Shown here piece by piece: positions 27,535 to 37,181 of a stretch of DNA of 62,168 bases (the first letter of the stretch is position 1; every line of letters begins with the position of its first letter). Made by a program: the position numbers and the translations under genes. The stretch covers positions 1 through 62,168 of the forward strand of contig CAYMDN010000003.1 of NCBI GenBank assembly GCA_964389545.1, read 5' to 3'. This DNA comes from an uncultured Clostridium sp. Lineage in GTDB: Bacteria; Bacillota; Clostridia; TANB77; CAG-508. The notes beneath the pieces are model-generated. The model worked only from the letters and a program-made list of their open reading frames with translations, ran no database searches and was not told the DNA's origin.

Positions 27535-28209
27535 ATGATAAACACATTTATAAGAGTATCAATACTATATTTACTAGTACTAATAACTATGAGACTAATG
27601 GGAAAAAGAGAAATTGGACAGATGCAACCATTTGAACTGGTAATAGCAATAATGATTGCAGACTTAGCATCAATTCCAATGACAGATGTTGGAATACCAA
27701 TAACAAATGGAATAGTTCCAATACTAGCATTATTATTCTTCCAATCTATAATATCTATACTTAATTTAAAAAGTATAAAACTAAGAGAAATAATATCTGG
27801 TAAACCAACAATACTAATATTCAGAGGAAGAATTGATGAAAAAGCATTAAAGCAAGAAAAGATTACCATAAATGAATTGCAAGAAAGACTAAGACAAAAA
27901 GATATATTTACAATAGGAGATGTTGAATACGCTATATTAGAAACAAATGGAGAAATTAGTGTGATTCAAAAACCAGAAAAAAGAGCAACAATTCCAGAAG
28001 ATTTTAATATATTACCAGAATATGAAGGTATTCCGTATGATTTAGTAATAGACGGAAAAATAATGTATGATAACTTACAAAAGATAGGCAAAGACTATAA
28101 CTGGTTAAAAAAAGAAATCGAAAAATTCCATATGAAACCCACAGAAGCATTAATAATAACATACGATGGTAAAGAACAAATCTTTTGTCAAAGAAAGGAT
28201 GAAAAATAA
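27535..28209 (+). CDS. DUF421 (YetF-like) membrane protein
   Basis: The N-terminal stretch RLMGKREIGQMQPFELVIAIMIADLA is characteristic of DUF421. Confidence 0.7.
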   Translation: MINTFIRVSILYLLVLITMRLMGKREIGQMQPFELVIAIMIADLASIPMTDVGIPITNGIVPILALLFFQSIISILNLKSIKLREIISGKPTILIFRGRIDEKALKQEKITINELQERLRQKDIFTIGDVEYAILETNGEISVIQKPEKRATIPEDFNILPEYEGIPYDLVIDGKIMYDNLQKIGKDYNWLKKEIEKFHMKPTEALIITYDGKEQIFCQRKDEK

Positions 28210-28601
28210 TGAGAGAAATAATTATGATAATTATAATAGTTATAGTCATATTTGCTGGCGACTTTTTGACTCAAAGCTACTTAGAGACATCCGTAAATGA
28301 AATGAAGTTAGAATTAGAAACATTAAAAATAGAAGCGTTAAAATGTAAAGAAAGTGATGAAAGGAGTACACTAGAAAACCAATTTAATAAGACAGAAGAA
28401 AAATGGAATAAAATAAATAGTGTATGGTCTATAATAATCATTCATGAAGAAATAGACAACATAGAAGAATCACTAATTAAAGCAAAATCAAGCATTTTTG
28501 ATGGACAATTAGAAGAAGCACTAGAAGAAATAGAGACTGCAATGTTTTATATAAATCATGTTAGAGAAAGAGAAAAGATAGAGCTTAAAAATATATTTTA
28601 A
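28209..28601 (+). CDS. DUF4363-like small protein
   Basis: Start overlaps the upstream stop (TAATG). This is the usual partner gene of DUF421 in Clostridia, as I recall. Confidence 0.45.
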   Translation: MREIIMIIIIVIVIFAGDFLTQSYLETSVNEMKLELETLKIEALKCKESDERSTLENQFNKTEEKWNKINSVWSIIIIHEEIDNIEESLIKAKSSIFDGQLEEALEEIETAMFYINHVREREKIELKNIF

Positions 28602-28705
28602 AGAAGGTTTGAAAAAGCCTTTTTTGTTTATTTTTTCATGTTTTGTTATTGTAAATTACATAAAAGTGTGATATCCTATTATGTAATGAAAAAATGGAGG
28701 TTTTT

Positions 28706-29725
28706 ATGAAAGAGACAATTTTAAAAATAAAAGAAGATGCAAAACAAGAAATTAAAAAAGCTGAAGATTTACAAAGCCTAAATGATGTTAGAGTAAAATA
28801 TTTAGGGAAAAAAGGCGAACTTACAGTTGTTTTAAGAGGAATGGGAGCATTAACTCCAGAAGAAAGACCAGTTGTAGGTAGCTTAGTTAATGAAGCTCGT
28901 GATGAGATTGAAAATGAGATAGAAGCCAGAGAAAAGGTTTTAAAAAATAATATTTTAAAAGCACAATTAGAAAAAGAAAAAATAGATATAACAATGCCAA
29001 GCAAAAAGACAGAACTTGGTTCAGTTCATCCAATTACAGGTGTAATTGATAATGTAAAAGATATTTTCTTAGGATTAGGATACCAAATAGTTGATGGACC
29101 AGAAATAGAAAAAGCAATATATAATTTTGATAAATTAAACACTCCACCTGATCACCCAGCAAGAGACATTCAAGATACTTTTTACATAACAGAAGACATA
29201 GTATTAAGAAGTCAAACATCACCAGTTCAGGCAAGAGTAATGGAAACACAAAAGCCACCTATCAAGATAATTTGTCCTGGTAAAGTATATCGTTCAGATA
29301 GTGTAGATGCAACACACTCACCAGTATTCCATCAAATAGAAGGCTTAGTCATAGATAAAAACATATCAATGTCAGATTTAAAAGGAACATTAGAAACTTT
29401 TGCAAAAAAATGTTTAGGAGAAAATACAAAAATAAGATTTAGACCACATCATTTCCCATTTACAGAGCCTAGTGCAGAAGCAGATGTATCATGCTTTGTA
29501 TGTAAAGGAAAAGGATGTAGAGTTTGTAAAAATGAAGGTTGGATAGAACTTCTAGGTTGCGGAATGGTACATCCTAATGTACTTGAAAACTGTGGAATAG
29601 ATCCAAATGAATATTCAGGATTTGCTTTTGGATTTGGAGTTGAAAGAATTGCAATGGCAAAATATGGAATAGATGATATGAGATTACTTTTTGAGAATGA
29701 TGTTAGATTCTTGAAACAGTTTTAG
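28706..29725 (+). CDS. pheS: Phenylalanine--tRNA ligase alpha subunit
   Basis: Class II motifs ([32 protein letters not shown]). Start set to the ATG at 28706 after GGAGG. Confidence 0.95.
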   Translation: MKETILKIKEDAKQEIKKAEDLQSLNDVRVKYLGKKGELTVVLRGMGALTPEERPVVGSLVNEARDEIENEIEAREKVLKNNILKAQLEKEKIDITMPSKKTELGSVHPITGVIDNVKDIFLGLGYQIVDGPEIEKAIYNFDKLNTPPDHPARDIQDTFYITEDIVLRSQTSPVQARVMETQKPPIKIICPGKVYRSDSVDATHSPVFHQIEGLVIDKNISMSDLKGTLETFAKKCLGENTKIRFRPHHFPFTEPSAEADVSCFVCKGKGCRVCKNEGWIELLGCGMVHPNVLENCGIDPNEYSGFAFGFGVERIAMAKYGIDDMRLLFENDVRFLKQF

Positions 29726-29749
29726 AAACATAAAATATAACTAGAAAAT

Positions 29750-29830
29750 CTGCTCCATTTTGCTGTATTTTGAATTTTTCAAGCTCGACTAAAGCACGCT
29801 TTGAAAAATGCAAAATCCACGTGGAGCTAC
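29750..29830 (+). repeat. Copy A of an 81-nt imperfect-hairpin repeat element in the pheS-pheT spacer
   Basis: 72/81 identical to 41054-41134. Arms GCTCCA...ATTTTG.ATTTTTCAA / TTGAAAAAT.CAAAAT...TGGAGC. No trailing T-run. Confidence 0.85.
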
Positions 29831-29872
29831 ATAATACAAATTTACTTAAAATGAAAAAAAGAGAGGTAGTTT

Positions 29873-32260
29873 ATGAAAACAAGTGTAGAATGGTTAAAAG
29901 AATATAGTGATATAAATGTAGATACAAAAACTCTAGCGGATAGATTAACAATGACAGGTTCAAAAGTAGAAACTATTGAGGAGAAAGGAAATGACATAAA
30001 AAATGTTGTTGTAGGAAAAATATTGGAAATAAAGAAACATCCAGATGCAGATAAATTAGTAGTAACAAAAGTCAACATTGGAGATGAAGTGGTTCAAATA
30101 GTTACAGGTGCCAAGAATATAAAAGAAGGTGATTTAATTCCTCTTGCAAAAGATAATTCATTTCTTCCAGGTGAAGTTAATATAAAAAAAGGATTATTAA
30201 GAGGAGTAGAATCATGTGGGATGATGTGTGCTGTAACAGAATTAGGACTTGATATAGCAGACTATCCAGATCAAATAGAAGATGGAATAATGATTTTACC
30301 AAAATCATATGAAAAATATATAGGTAAAGATATAGTAGAAGTATTAAATCTAAAAGAAGATATTTTAGATTTTGAAATTACATCAAATAGACCAGACTGT
30401 TTCTCAATTGAAGGATTAGGTAGAGAAACAGCTGTAACTCTTGGAGAAAAATTTAAAAATCCTCGTAGCAATTTAGATAAAGAAGTTAAAGATGTAAAAG
30501 ATATTGATGGATTAAAAGTTGCTATTGAAGCTCCAGATTTATGCTACAGATACATAGCAAGAGTTATTAAAGACGTTAAAATTGAAGAATCACCAGATTG
30601 GATGAAAAGAAGATTAAAGGCTTGTGGCGTTCGTGCAATAAATAACATAGTAGATATAACAAACTATGTAATGCTTGAAATAGGTGAACCAATGCATGCA
30701 TTTGATATTAATTGCATGGAAGGAAAAGAAATTAATGTTAGAAAAGCCAAAAAAGGTGAAAAAATAGTAACATTAGATGGTAAAGAAAGAGAATTAGATG
30801 ACACAATGTTAGTTATAGCAGATGCTAAAAAACCAGCAGCTGTTGCAGGTGTAATGGGAGGAGAAAATTCTGGAATTTCAGATAAAACAAATACTGTGGT
30901 ATTTGAAGCAGCTGTATTTAATAGAGGCTCAATAAGAACTACAGCAAAGAAAATAGGTTTAAGAACAGAAGCTTCTACAAGATATGAAAAAGGACTATCA
31001 CCAGAAATAGCATTAAGAGCTATAAACAGAGCCGTAGAACTTGCAGAACAAATTGGTGCAGGTAAAGCAGTTGATGCAAAAATAGATGTTTATCCAAATA
31101 AAGTAAAACCAGAAGTTATTAAATTTGAGCCAGAAAGAATAAATAACTTATTAGGATTAAACATTCCAAAAGCAGAAATGGTAAAAATTTTAGAAGCACT
31201 AGAAATAAAAGTAAACGGAGATAAGCTAGAAATACCATACTTTAGAACAGATATAGAAAAAACAGCAGATATAGCAGAAGAAGTAATAAGAATATATGGA
31301 TATGAAAAATTAGAATCTACATTAATAAATGCAGAAAGTACAGTTGGAGAAAAAAATAAACTACAAAAATTACAAGATAAAATAAAAGAATTATTAGTTA
31401 CAAGAGGATTTTCAGAAATGTATTCATTTAGCTTTATATCTGAAAATGACTTTAATAAATGTAATTTAGATAGCGGAAAAGCAATAAGAATAAGTAATCC
31501 ACTAGGAGAAGACTATTCTTTAATGAGAACAGATATGATGCCAACAGTATTGCAATCAATTGCAACAAACTATAATAAAAAGAATAAAAATGCAAAACTA
31601 TTCGAAATGGGAAGAACTTATTCAGATGAAGAAGGAAACATGCAAAAAGGAGAAATCCCAACAGAAGTAGATCATATTGCATTTGCACTATATGGAGACG
31701 ATGCAGATTTCTACATTGTAAAAGGAATAATAGAAAACATATTAGAAGTATCAAATATAGCAAGATATCAAATACAAAGAGCAGAAGATGACAATTTACA
31801 TCCAGGCAGAAGTGCACAAATATTAATTGGGAAAGATAGCATTGCTAAATTTGGAGAAGTACACCCACAAGTATTAGACAATTATGGAATAATAGAAAAA
31901 GTATATTATGCAGTATTAGATATAAATAAATTCGCAAAATATGGAAAAGACAATAAAAAATATACACCAGTACCAAAATATCCAGCGGTAGAAAGAGATA
32001 TAGCAATAGTAGTAGATGAAGATATAGAAGTAGGACAGATAGAAAATATTATAATGAAAAGAGCAAAAAATGTTCTTGAAACAATAAAATTGTTTGATGT
32101 ATATAGAAGTGACAAATTGGGGCAAAACAAAAAGAGTGTCGCATATGAATTGATTTTTAGAGTAAAAGATAGAACTTTAACAGATGATGAAATAACAGGA
32201 ACAATGGATGCAATAATTGCTGATTTAAAGAGCAATGTAAATGCAGAACTAAGAGCCTAA
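29873..32260 (+). CDS. pheT: Phenylalanine--tRNA ligase beta subunit
   Basis: Full-length PheT architecture: tRNA-binding OB domain, B3/4, B5 and the FDX-ACB C-terminal domain. Confidence 0.95.
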   Translation: MKTSVEWLKEYSDINVDTKTLADRLTMTGSKVETIEEKGNDIKNVVVGKILEIKKHPDADKLVVTKVNIGDEVVQIVTGAKNIKEGDLIPLAKDNSFLPGEVNIKKGLLRGVESCGMMCAVTELGLDIADYPDQIEDGIMILPKSYEKYIGKDIVEVLNLKEDILDFEITSNRPDCFSIEGLGRETAVTLGEKFKNPRSNLDKEVKDVKDIDGLKVAIEAPDLCYRYIARVIKDVKIEESPDWMKRRLKACGVRAINNIVDITNYVMLEIGEPMHAFDINCMEGKEINVRKAKKGEKIVTLDGKERELDDTMLVIADAKKPAAVAGVMGGENSGISDKTNTVVFEAAVFNRGSIRTTAKKIGLRTEASTRYEKGLSPEIALRAINRAVELAEQIGAGKAVDAKIDVYPNKVKPEVIKFEPERINNLLGLNIPKAEMVKILEALEIKVNGDKLEIPYFRTDIEKTADIAEEVIRIYGYEKLESTLINAESTVGEKNKLQKLQDKIKELLVTRGFSEMYSFSFISENDFNKCNLDSGKAIRISNPLGEDYSLMRTDMMPTVLQSIATNYNKKNKNAKLFEMGRTYSDEEGNMQKGEIPTEVDHIAFALYGDDADFYIVKGIIENILEVSNIARYQIQRAEDDNLHPGRSAQILIGKDSIAKFGEVHPQVLDNYGIIEKVYYAVLDINKFAKYGKDNKKYTPVPKYPAVERDIAIVVDEDIEVGQIENIIMKRAKNVLETIKLFDVYRSDKLGQNKKSVAYELIFRVKDRTLTDDEITGTMDAIIADLKSNVNAELRA

Positions 32261-32291
32261 GCTTGTTTAAATCTACGAAAGGAGAAATATA

Positions 32292-32558
32292 ATGGGACTA
32301 TTAAAAGAGCTAGTTAAAAAACTTGGAAAAGAACCAGTAGAAGATCCAGAATATATAAAAGAACAAGAAAAAGCTGGAGAGGATATTGCAGATGAAATTG
32401 CAACACGTTTAATGCCAAAAAGGGATTTCGTACAGAAAGTAGATGTATCAGTTCCACCAGTTGAAATGTCAGAGAATGGAGGGCAAACAATAGAAAAATC
32501 GGATGAAGATAAAAAAGTAGCAGATGAAACTGTTAAAGATGATGGAGAACAAAGATAA
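32292..32558 (+). CDS. Small acidic hypothetical protein
   Basis: AAGGAG RBS. No domain recognised. Confidence 0.45.
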   Translation: MGLLKELVKKLGKEPVEDPEYIKEQEKAGEDIADEIATRLMPKRDFVQKVDVSVPPVEMSENGGQTIEKSDEDKKVADETVKDDGEQR

Positions 32559-32586
32559 TATTGATATATTATATAACTTGAATAAA

Positions 32587-32620
32587 AAGCCATTAATTAT
32601 CAAAAAATAATTAATGGCTT
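32587..32620. other. 14-bp perfect hairpin AAGCCATTAATTAT/ATAATTAATGGCTT, flanked by A-runs on the + strand
   Basis: Read directly. It lacks a + strand U-tract, so its terminator function for the upstream gene is uncertain. Confidence 0.5.
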
Positions 32621-32652
32621 AAAAAAATTAATCAAAAAAAACTAAAAAATAG

Positions 32653-32681
32653 TTGTAAAAACATGGATAAATTGATATACT
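32653..32681 (+). promoter_or_regulatory. Candidate asp23-operon promoter: TTGTAA, 17 nt, TATACT
   Basis: Read directly. The -10 is embedded in the left arm of the 12-bp palindrome. Confidence 0.5.
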
Positions 32682-32705
32682 TATATATGCGAAAAGTATA
32701 TCAAT
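32671..32705. promoter_or_regulatory. 12-bp perfect inverted repeat ATTGATATACTT-N11-AAGTATATCAAT overlapping the -10
   Basis: Read directly. Operator-like geometry. Confidence 0.5.
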
Positions 32706-32723
32706 TTTATAAGGGGGTTGAGT

Positions 32724-33179
32724 ATGGGAAACGAAAACGAGACTCAGGAGCCACAAGAAGAACAAGCAATACAAGAAAATCAAGAACTTGGACTAATAAA
32801 CGAAGAAATGCAGGTTGATGATGAAAATATTAAAATTGCAACAGAGGTTATTGCTTCAATAGCAGGTGTGGCAGTTTCAGAAGTACCAGGTGTATATGGA
32901 ATGGCAGGAGGTTTTGCAGGAGGTATTTCAGAAGTTCTAAGTGGTAAGAAAAACTTAGGAAAAGGCATTAAAGTAGATGTAACAGAAAAAGAAACAAAAA
33001 TTGATGTTAACATAGTAGTAGAATATGGTACAAGAATACCAGACGTAGCATTTGAAATACAAAAAAGAGTAAAAAAAGCAGTTGAGACAATGACAGGATT
33101 AAAAGTGGTAAGTGTTAATATTCATGTACAAGGAATTAACATAGCAGAAAACAAGACACAAACAACAGAAGAAAACTAA
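32724..33179 (+). CDS. Asp23/Gls24-family envelope stress protein
   Basis: IKIATEVIASIAGVAVSEVPGVYGM...GIKVDV...IDVNIVVEYG..IPDVAFEIQKRVK is typical of Asp23. Confidence 0.85.
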   Translation: MGNENETQEPQEEQAIQENQELGLINEEMQVDDENIKIATEVIASIAGVAVSEVPGVYGMAGGFAGGISEVLSGKKNLGKGIKVDVTEKETKIDVNIVVEYGTRIPDVAFEIQKRVKKAVETMTGLKVVSVNIHVQGINIAENKTQTTEEN

Positions 33180-33200
33180 TAATTAAAAGGAGAAAAATAT

Positions 33201-33761
33201 ATGAAAATTTTAGATAGAATAGGATTAGTATTATTTTCAACAATAGTTTTACTAATATCAGTTATATTATGCTTAATAGCAATAGATCTTTTAGAAGTAG
33301 AAATTATAAGTGATGGAATAGATTTCCTAGTTACAGATGAGGTAGCTATGCCAGTAACAATGGGTGTATCTGCAGTTTGTATACTATTATCACTAAAATG
33401 TATTTTCTTTAGCTCAGGTGAGAAGAAAGAAAAAAATGGAAAAGGTGGAATATTATTACAAAATGATAATGGAAAATTGCTAGTATCAAAAGACACAATT
33501 GAAAGCTTGGCAAATTCAGTTGTAAAGAATTTTGAAGCAGCACAAAATGTAACAACAACAGTTGAAGTTGATTCAAATAGTAATCTAAAAATATTTGTTA
33601 CATTATATGTTTTTCCAGATGCTGTAATTAAGGATATAACAGCCCAAATACAAAAGGATATAAAAGACGCAGTAAAAAATTCACTAGATTTAGAAGTTAA
33701 AGAGATAAATGTAAGAATCAAAAACATTGCGCCTAAAAAAGAAAGTAGTAATAAAGAATAA
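33201..33761 (+). CDS. AmaP-like alkaline shock response membrane anchor protein
   Basis: Two N-terminal TM segments followed by an Asp23-like fold, immediately downstream of asp23. Confidence 0.6.
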   Translation: MKILDRIGLVLFSTIVLLISVILCLIAIDLLEVEIISDGIDFLVTDEVAMPVTMGVSAVCILLSLKCIFFSSGEKKEKNGKGGILLQNDNGKLLVSKDTIESLANSVVKNFEAAQNVTTTVEVDSNSNLKIFVTLYVFPDAVIKDITAQIQKDIKDAVKNSLDLEVKEINVRIKNIAPKKESSNKE

Positions 33762-33782
33762 TAATTATTGAAGGGAAAAAAC

Positions 33783-33986
33783 ATGGATAAATTTGTAAAT
33801 TTTCTTACAGAATATAGAGGTGCTATTATTGGTGGAATTATTGCCATAATAATGCTAATATTCGGTATATATAAGTTCATAGTTGGATGTTTGATTATTT
33901 TAGCAGGAATATTAATTGGAAATTATATACAAAGAAATAAAGAAAAAGTAAAAACAACATTACAAAAACTTATTGATAGGTGGTAA
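33783..33986 (+). CDS. DUF2273 small integral membrane protein
   Basis: ~67 aa with 2 TM. This is the conserved third gene of the asp23-amaP locus. Confidence 0.6.
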   Translation: MDKFVNFLTEYRGAIIGGIIAIIMLIFGIYKFIVGCLIILAGILIGNYIQRNKEKVKTTLQKLIDRW

Positions 33987-33995
33987 ACACATATA

Positions 33996-34045
33996 AAAAT
34001 CGAGTTGGAATTTCTTGTAGAATAAAATTTCAGCTCGATTTTAAC
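33996..34045 (+). terminator. Long hairpin AAAATCGAGTTGGAATTT / AAATTTCAGCTCGATTTT followed by TTTT
   Basis: Read directly. Confidence 0.65.
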
Positions 34046-34076
34046 ACAAACTACATTATATAAAGGAGCGATAGAC

Positions 34077-34481
34077 ATGAACAGATCTCGAATGAGAGAG
34101 CTTGCATTTCAATTAGTATATCAAGTAGAAATCCAAAAAGGGAAAGAACCAGATACAATAGATATATTTTGCGAAAATAATCAAATAAGCGATGACGAAA
34201 CCAAAGAATATATTACAAATATAATTAATGGAATTGCAGAAAATGAGAGAGAAATAAATGAATTAATCTCTAAAAATTTAAAATCAGATTGGAAAATAGA
34301 AAGAATTACAAAAATAAACCTAGCATTATTAAAACTATCTATTTATGAAATAAACTATAACAAAATTCCATATAAGGTTGCAATAAACGAAGTAATAGAA
34401 CTAGCAAAAAAATATGGAGATGACAGTGCACCAAACTTTATTAATGGAGTGTTAGCAAGTGTTGTTAAGGAGAATTTATGA
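34077..34481 (+). CDS. nusB: Transcription antitermination factor NusB
   Basis: [10 protein letters not shown]...[25 protein letters not shown]. Confidence 0.9.
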   Translation: MNRSRMRELAFQLVYQVEIQKGKEPDTIDIFCENNQISDDETKEYITNIINGIAENEREINELISKNLKSDWKIERITKINLALLKLSIYEINYNKIPYKVAINEVIELAKKYGDDSAPNFINGVLASVVKENL

Positions 34482-35674
34482 GACCAACTGCAATAACGGT
34501 AAGTGAATTAAATAAATACATAAAAAATAAAGTAGATGAGGATGAATATCTAAATAATGTATATATAAAGGGAGAAATATCTAACTTTAAACATCATTAT
34601 TCAGGACATATGTATTTTACGTTAAAAGATGATAAATCTTTAATAAAATGCGTTATGTTTAAATCAGCAACATCTACTTTAACTTTTGTACCCAAAGATG
34701 GAATGAATGTGTTGATATTAGGAACAGTTTCAATATATGAAGCGGGTGGAGTATATCAAATATATTGCAAAGCAATGCAAGAAGATGGAATAGGAGATTT
34801 ATATAGAGCATTTGAGGAACTAAAAGTAAAGTTAGAAAAAGAAGGATTGTTTGACGAAGACCATAAGAAAAAGATACCGTTTATGCCAGAGACAATAGGA
34901 GTTTTAACATCTCAAACAGGAGCAGTAATACGAGATATTATAAATGTTTCCACAAGAAGAAATCCAAATGTGCATATAAAACTATATCCAATACCAGTGC
35001 AAGGAAAAGGAGCAGAGGTTAAAATTGTAGAGGCAATCGAAATAATGAATAGACACAAATTGTCAGATGTAATTATTCTTGCAAGAGGTGGTGGATCACT
35101 AGAAGATTTATGGCCATTTAACGAAGAAATCGTTGCAAGAGCTATATACGATTCTGAAATACCAATAATATCTGCAGTAGGACACGAAACTGACTTTACA
35201 ATAGCAGATTTTGTTGCAGACTTAAGAGCACCAACACCTTCAGCAGGAGCAGAATTAGCTCAGGCAGATGTTCAAGATGTAAAAAAGAAAATAGAAACAT
35301 ATAAAGATAGATGTAAAAATTCGCTTAGGAAAAAAGTTGAATTTATGAGACTAAGATATGAAAAAATATTAGCATCAAAGGTATTTAAAGAGCCAACACA
35401 GAAAATAAATGAATACTATATGAATGTTGATATGAAAGTAAAAAAATTAGAAATGCTTATTCAAAATAAAACAAAAGAATCAAAACTAAAAGCAGTAAAT
35501 ATAATTGCAAAATTAGATACTTTAAGCCCACTAAAGACTTTGACAAGAGGCTATGCAATAGCTGAGAGTGAGGGCAAAGTTTTAAAAAGTGTAAAACAAG
35601 TAAAAGAAAAAGATAAGATAAGTATAAAAATGACAGATGGTAATATAAAAGCTACAGTAGATGAGATAAAATAA
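34478..35674 (+). CDS. xseA: Exodeoxyribonuclease VII large subunit
   Basis: N-terminal OB fold (VSELN.YIK..V...[21 protein letters not shown]), the ARGGGS.EDLW.FN motif and a coiled-coil tail. Confidence 0.92.
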   Translation: MRPTAITVSELNKYIKNKVDEDEYLNNVYIKGEISNFKHHYSGHMYFTLKDDKSLIKCVMFKSATSTLTFVPKDGMNVLILGTVSIYEAGGVYQIYCKAMQEDGIGDLYRAFEELKVKLEKEGLFDEDHKKKIPFMPETIGVLTSQTGAVIRDIINVSTRRNPNVHIKLYPIPVQGKGAEVKIVEAIEIMNRHKLSDVIILARGGGSLEDLWPFNEEIVARAIYDSEIPIISAVGHETDFTIADFVADLRAPTPSAGAELAQADVQDVKKKIETYKDRCKNSLRKKVEFMRLRYEKILASKVFKEPTQKINEYYMNVDMKVKKLEMLIQNKTKESKLKAVNIIAKLDTLSPLKTLTRGYAIAESEGKVLKSVKQVKEKDKISIKMTDGNIKATVDEIK

Positions 35675-35689
35675 AAGGAGTGAAGGTAT

Positions 35690-36124
35690 ATGAAAAAAGT
35701 AATAATAGGTGTAATTGTTGTTGTATTGGTAATAATTGCAGGAGTTGTAATAGCACTAAATGTTGGAAAAGATAAAGATAAAGAAACAGAAGAAACAAGT
35801 GCAAAGCCAGAAAACCATACAATAGCAAATACAACAAACACAAATGTAGAGAATAACATAGCAGAAAACAATGCAGTAGAAAATAATACAGCAGAAGAAA
35901 ATAACACGGAAAATAATGAAATAGAAGAAAGTGGACTAATAGACGAGAAAAGAGCCATAGAAATAGTAAAAAAAGAATGGGGAAATACAAACGGATATGA
36001 ATTTGTAATAGATTACCAAAATAGCGATGGTGAATATGTAATTGCTGTAAGAGACTCAAATACAACAAGAGTAATAGAATGGTATGTTGTAAACGCAGAA
36101 ACTGGAAAATGCTCTATAATGTAA
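35690..36124 (+). CDS. Membrane-anchored hypothetical protein with an Asn/Glu-rich linker
   Basis: AAAGGAG RBS. One TM, (E/T)NN repeats, and a small C-terminal globular domain. Confidence 0.5.
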   Translation: MKKVIIGVIVVVLVIIAGVVIALNVGKDKDKETEETSAKPENHTIANTTNTNVENNIAENNAVENNTAEENNTENNEIEESGLIDEKRAIEIVKKEWGNTNGYEFVIDYQNSDGEYVIAVRDSNTTRVIEWYVVNAETGKCSIM

Positions 36125-36150
36125 AAATAAATACAAGAAAGGAAGAAACT

Positions 36151-36369
36151 ATGAGTAAAGCAAATAATTTTGAAGAAAATATAAAAAATTTAGAAAATAT
36201 CGTAGAAGAGCTAGAAAAAGGAGATTTAAACTTAGAAGATTCAATAAAAAAATTTGAAGAAGGAATGGCATTATCAAAAAAATGTAACGAAATATTAGAA
36301 AATGCAGAGAAAAAAATTACAGTTCTTATAAAAAAAGATGATGACACAATCACAGAAGAATCAATGTAA
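36151..36369 (+). CDS. xseB: Exodeoxyribonuclease VII small subunit
   Basis: FEENIKNLENIVEELEKGDLNLEDSIKKFEEGMALSKKC is typical of XseB. Start set to the ATG at 36151. Confidence 0.88.
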   Translation: MSKANNFEENIKNLENIVEELEKGDLNLEDSIKKFEEGMALSKKCNEILENAEKKITVLIKKDDDTITEESM

Positions 36370-36386
36370 TAAGATAAATTACGAAT

Positions 36387-36428
36387 AAAAACCACCTATT
36401 TGTTAATAATACAAAAAGGTGGTTTTTT
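36387..36428 (+). terminator. Intrinsic terminator: AAAAACCACCT...AGGTGGTTTTT
   Basis: Read directly. The 3' arm doubles as the RBS for the next gene. Confidence 0.75.
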
Positions 36429-37106
36429 ATGAAAAAAAAGAAAATAATCAGTATTATAGCATTAATAACTTTAATGACAGCAATAATAGGATATGTAGTG
36501 TTTTTTAGGGATGGAAGTTATGCCTTATCAAAATATGGTTCCAGAGGTGATGAAGTAAAACAGATACAAACTAAGCTTAAAAGATGGGGTTACTATAATG
36601 GCTCAATAGATGGAATTTATGGTACACAAACGCAAAAAGCAGTAAAATATTTTCAGTCTAAAAATGGTCTACAAGCAGATGGAATTGCAGGAGAAAAGAC
36701 TTTAGCAGCAATGGGAATAAAGAGTAGCTCAGGAAATACAAGCGGAAGTGCTTCGAATTCAGATGTAAATTTACTTGCAAGATTAATATATGGAGAAGCA
36801 AGAGGGGAAAGCTATACAGGACAAGTTGCAGTTGGAGCAGTAGTATTAAATAGAGTAAAACATAGTTCTTTTCCCAATACAGTCTCTGGAGTAATATATC
36901 AAAGAGGAGCATTTGATGCAGTATCAGATGGTCAAATAAATTTATCACCAGATCAAACAGCTATATCAGCTGCTAGAGATGCAATAAATGGATGGGATCC
37001 ATCTTATGGAGCAATTTATTATTTTAATCCAAATACAGCTACAAATGGATGGATTTGGTCAAGACCACTAACAGTTGTAATTGGTAAACATCGTTTCTGT
37101 AAATAA
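36429..37106 (+). CDS. sleB: Spore cortex-lytic enzyme SleB-like (PG_binding_1 plus Hydrolase_2)
   Basis: RGDEVKQIQTKLKRWGYYNGSIDGIYG..T..AV..FQ..NGL.ADGIAG and LARLIYGEARGESYTGQVAVGAVVLNRV...FPNTVSGVIYQRGAFDAV...YYFNP. Confidence 0.85.
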   Translation: MKKKKIISIIALITLMTAIIGYVVFFRDGSYALSKYGSRGDEVKQIQTKLKRWGYYNGSIDGIYGTQTQKAVKYFQSKNGLQADGIAGEKTLAAMGIKSSSGNTSGSASNSDVNLLARLIYGEARGESYTGQVAVGAVVLNRVKHSSFPNTVSGVIYQRGAFDAVSDGQINLSPDQTAISAARDAINGWDPSYGAIYYFNPNTATNGWIWSRPLTVVIGKHRFCK

Positions 37107-37181
37107 ATTAAAATAAAAAACTTGTATAAAAAAGCATAATATGATAAAATATAGGCTGAAAAATTGAATAGAAGGAAAAAT

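Noticed and set aside
28602-28705. Looked for a T-box leader upstream of pheS, and likewise upstream of lysS (14776-14855).
   Set aside because: The upstream non-coding regions are only ~100 nt and ~80 nt. That is too short for a T-box, and I saw no specifier-loop or T-box sequence. Only a promoter-like TTGTAA-17-TATCCT with an ATTACATAA/TTATGTAAT inverted repeat is present before pheS.
29797-29830. Mini-ORFs inside the hairpin repeat: + strand MQNPRGAT, conserved in both copies, and a minus-strand TTG-initiated peptide MHFSK(R/C)(A/T)LVELEK...
   Set aside because: Neither has a credible RBS. The apparent peptide conservation is expected from 89% nucleotide identity with only nine differences, so there is no evidence for coding selection.
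33176-33880. A 234-aa minus-strand ORF, plus many similar antisense or alternate-frame ORFs in the track. Examples: 256..447, 1014..1376, 8757..9104, 9144..9488, 27513..27869, 35551..36068, 40271..40663, 52031..52342 and 60980..61285.
   Set aside because: They lie antisense to, or out of frame with, strongly supported conserved genes (amaP, int, DUF421, prkC, porB, secA and others). They have low-complexity Leu/Phe/Ser/Ile-rich translations typical of AT-rich shadow frames, and they lack RBSs.
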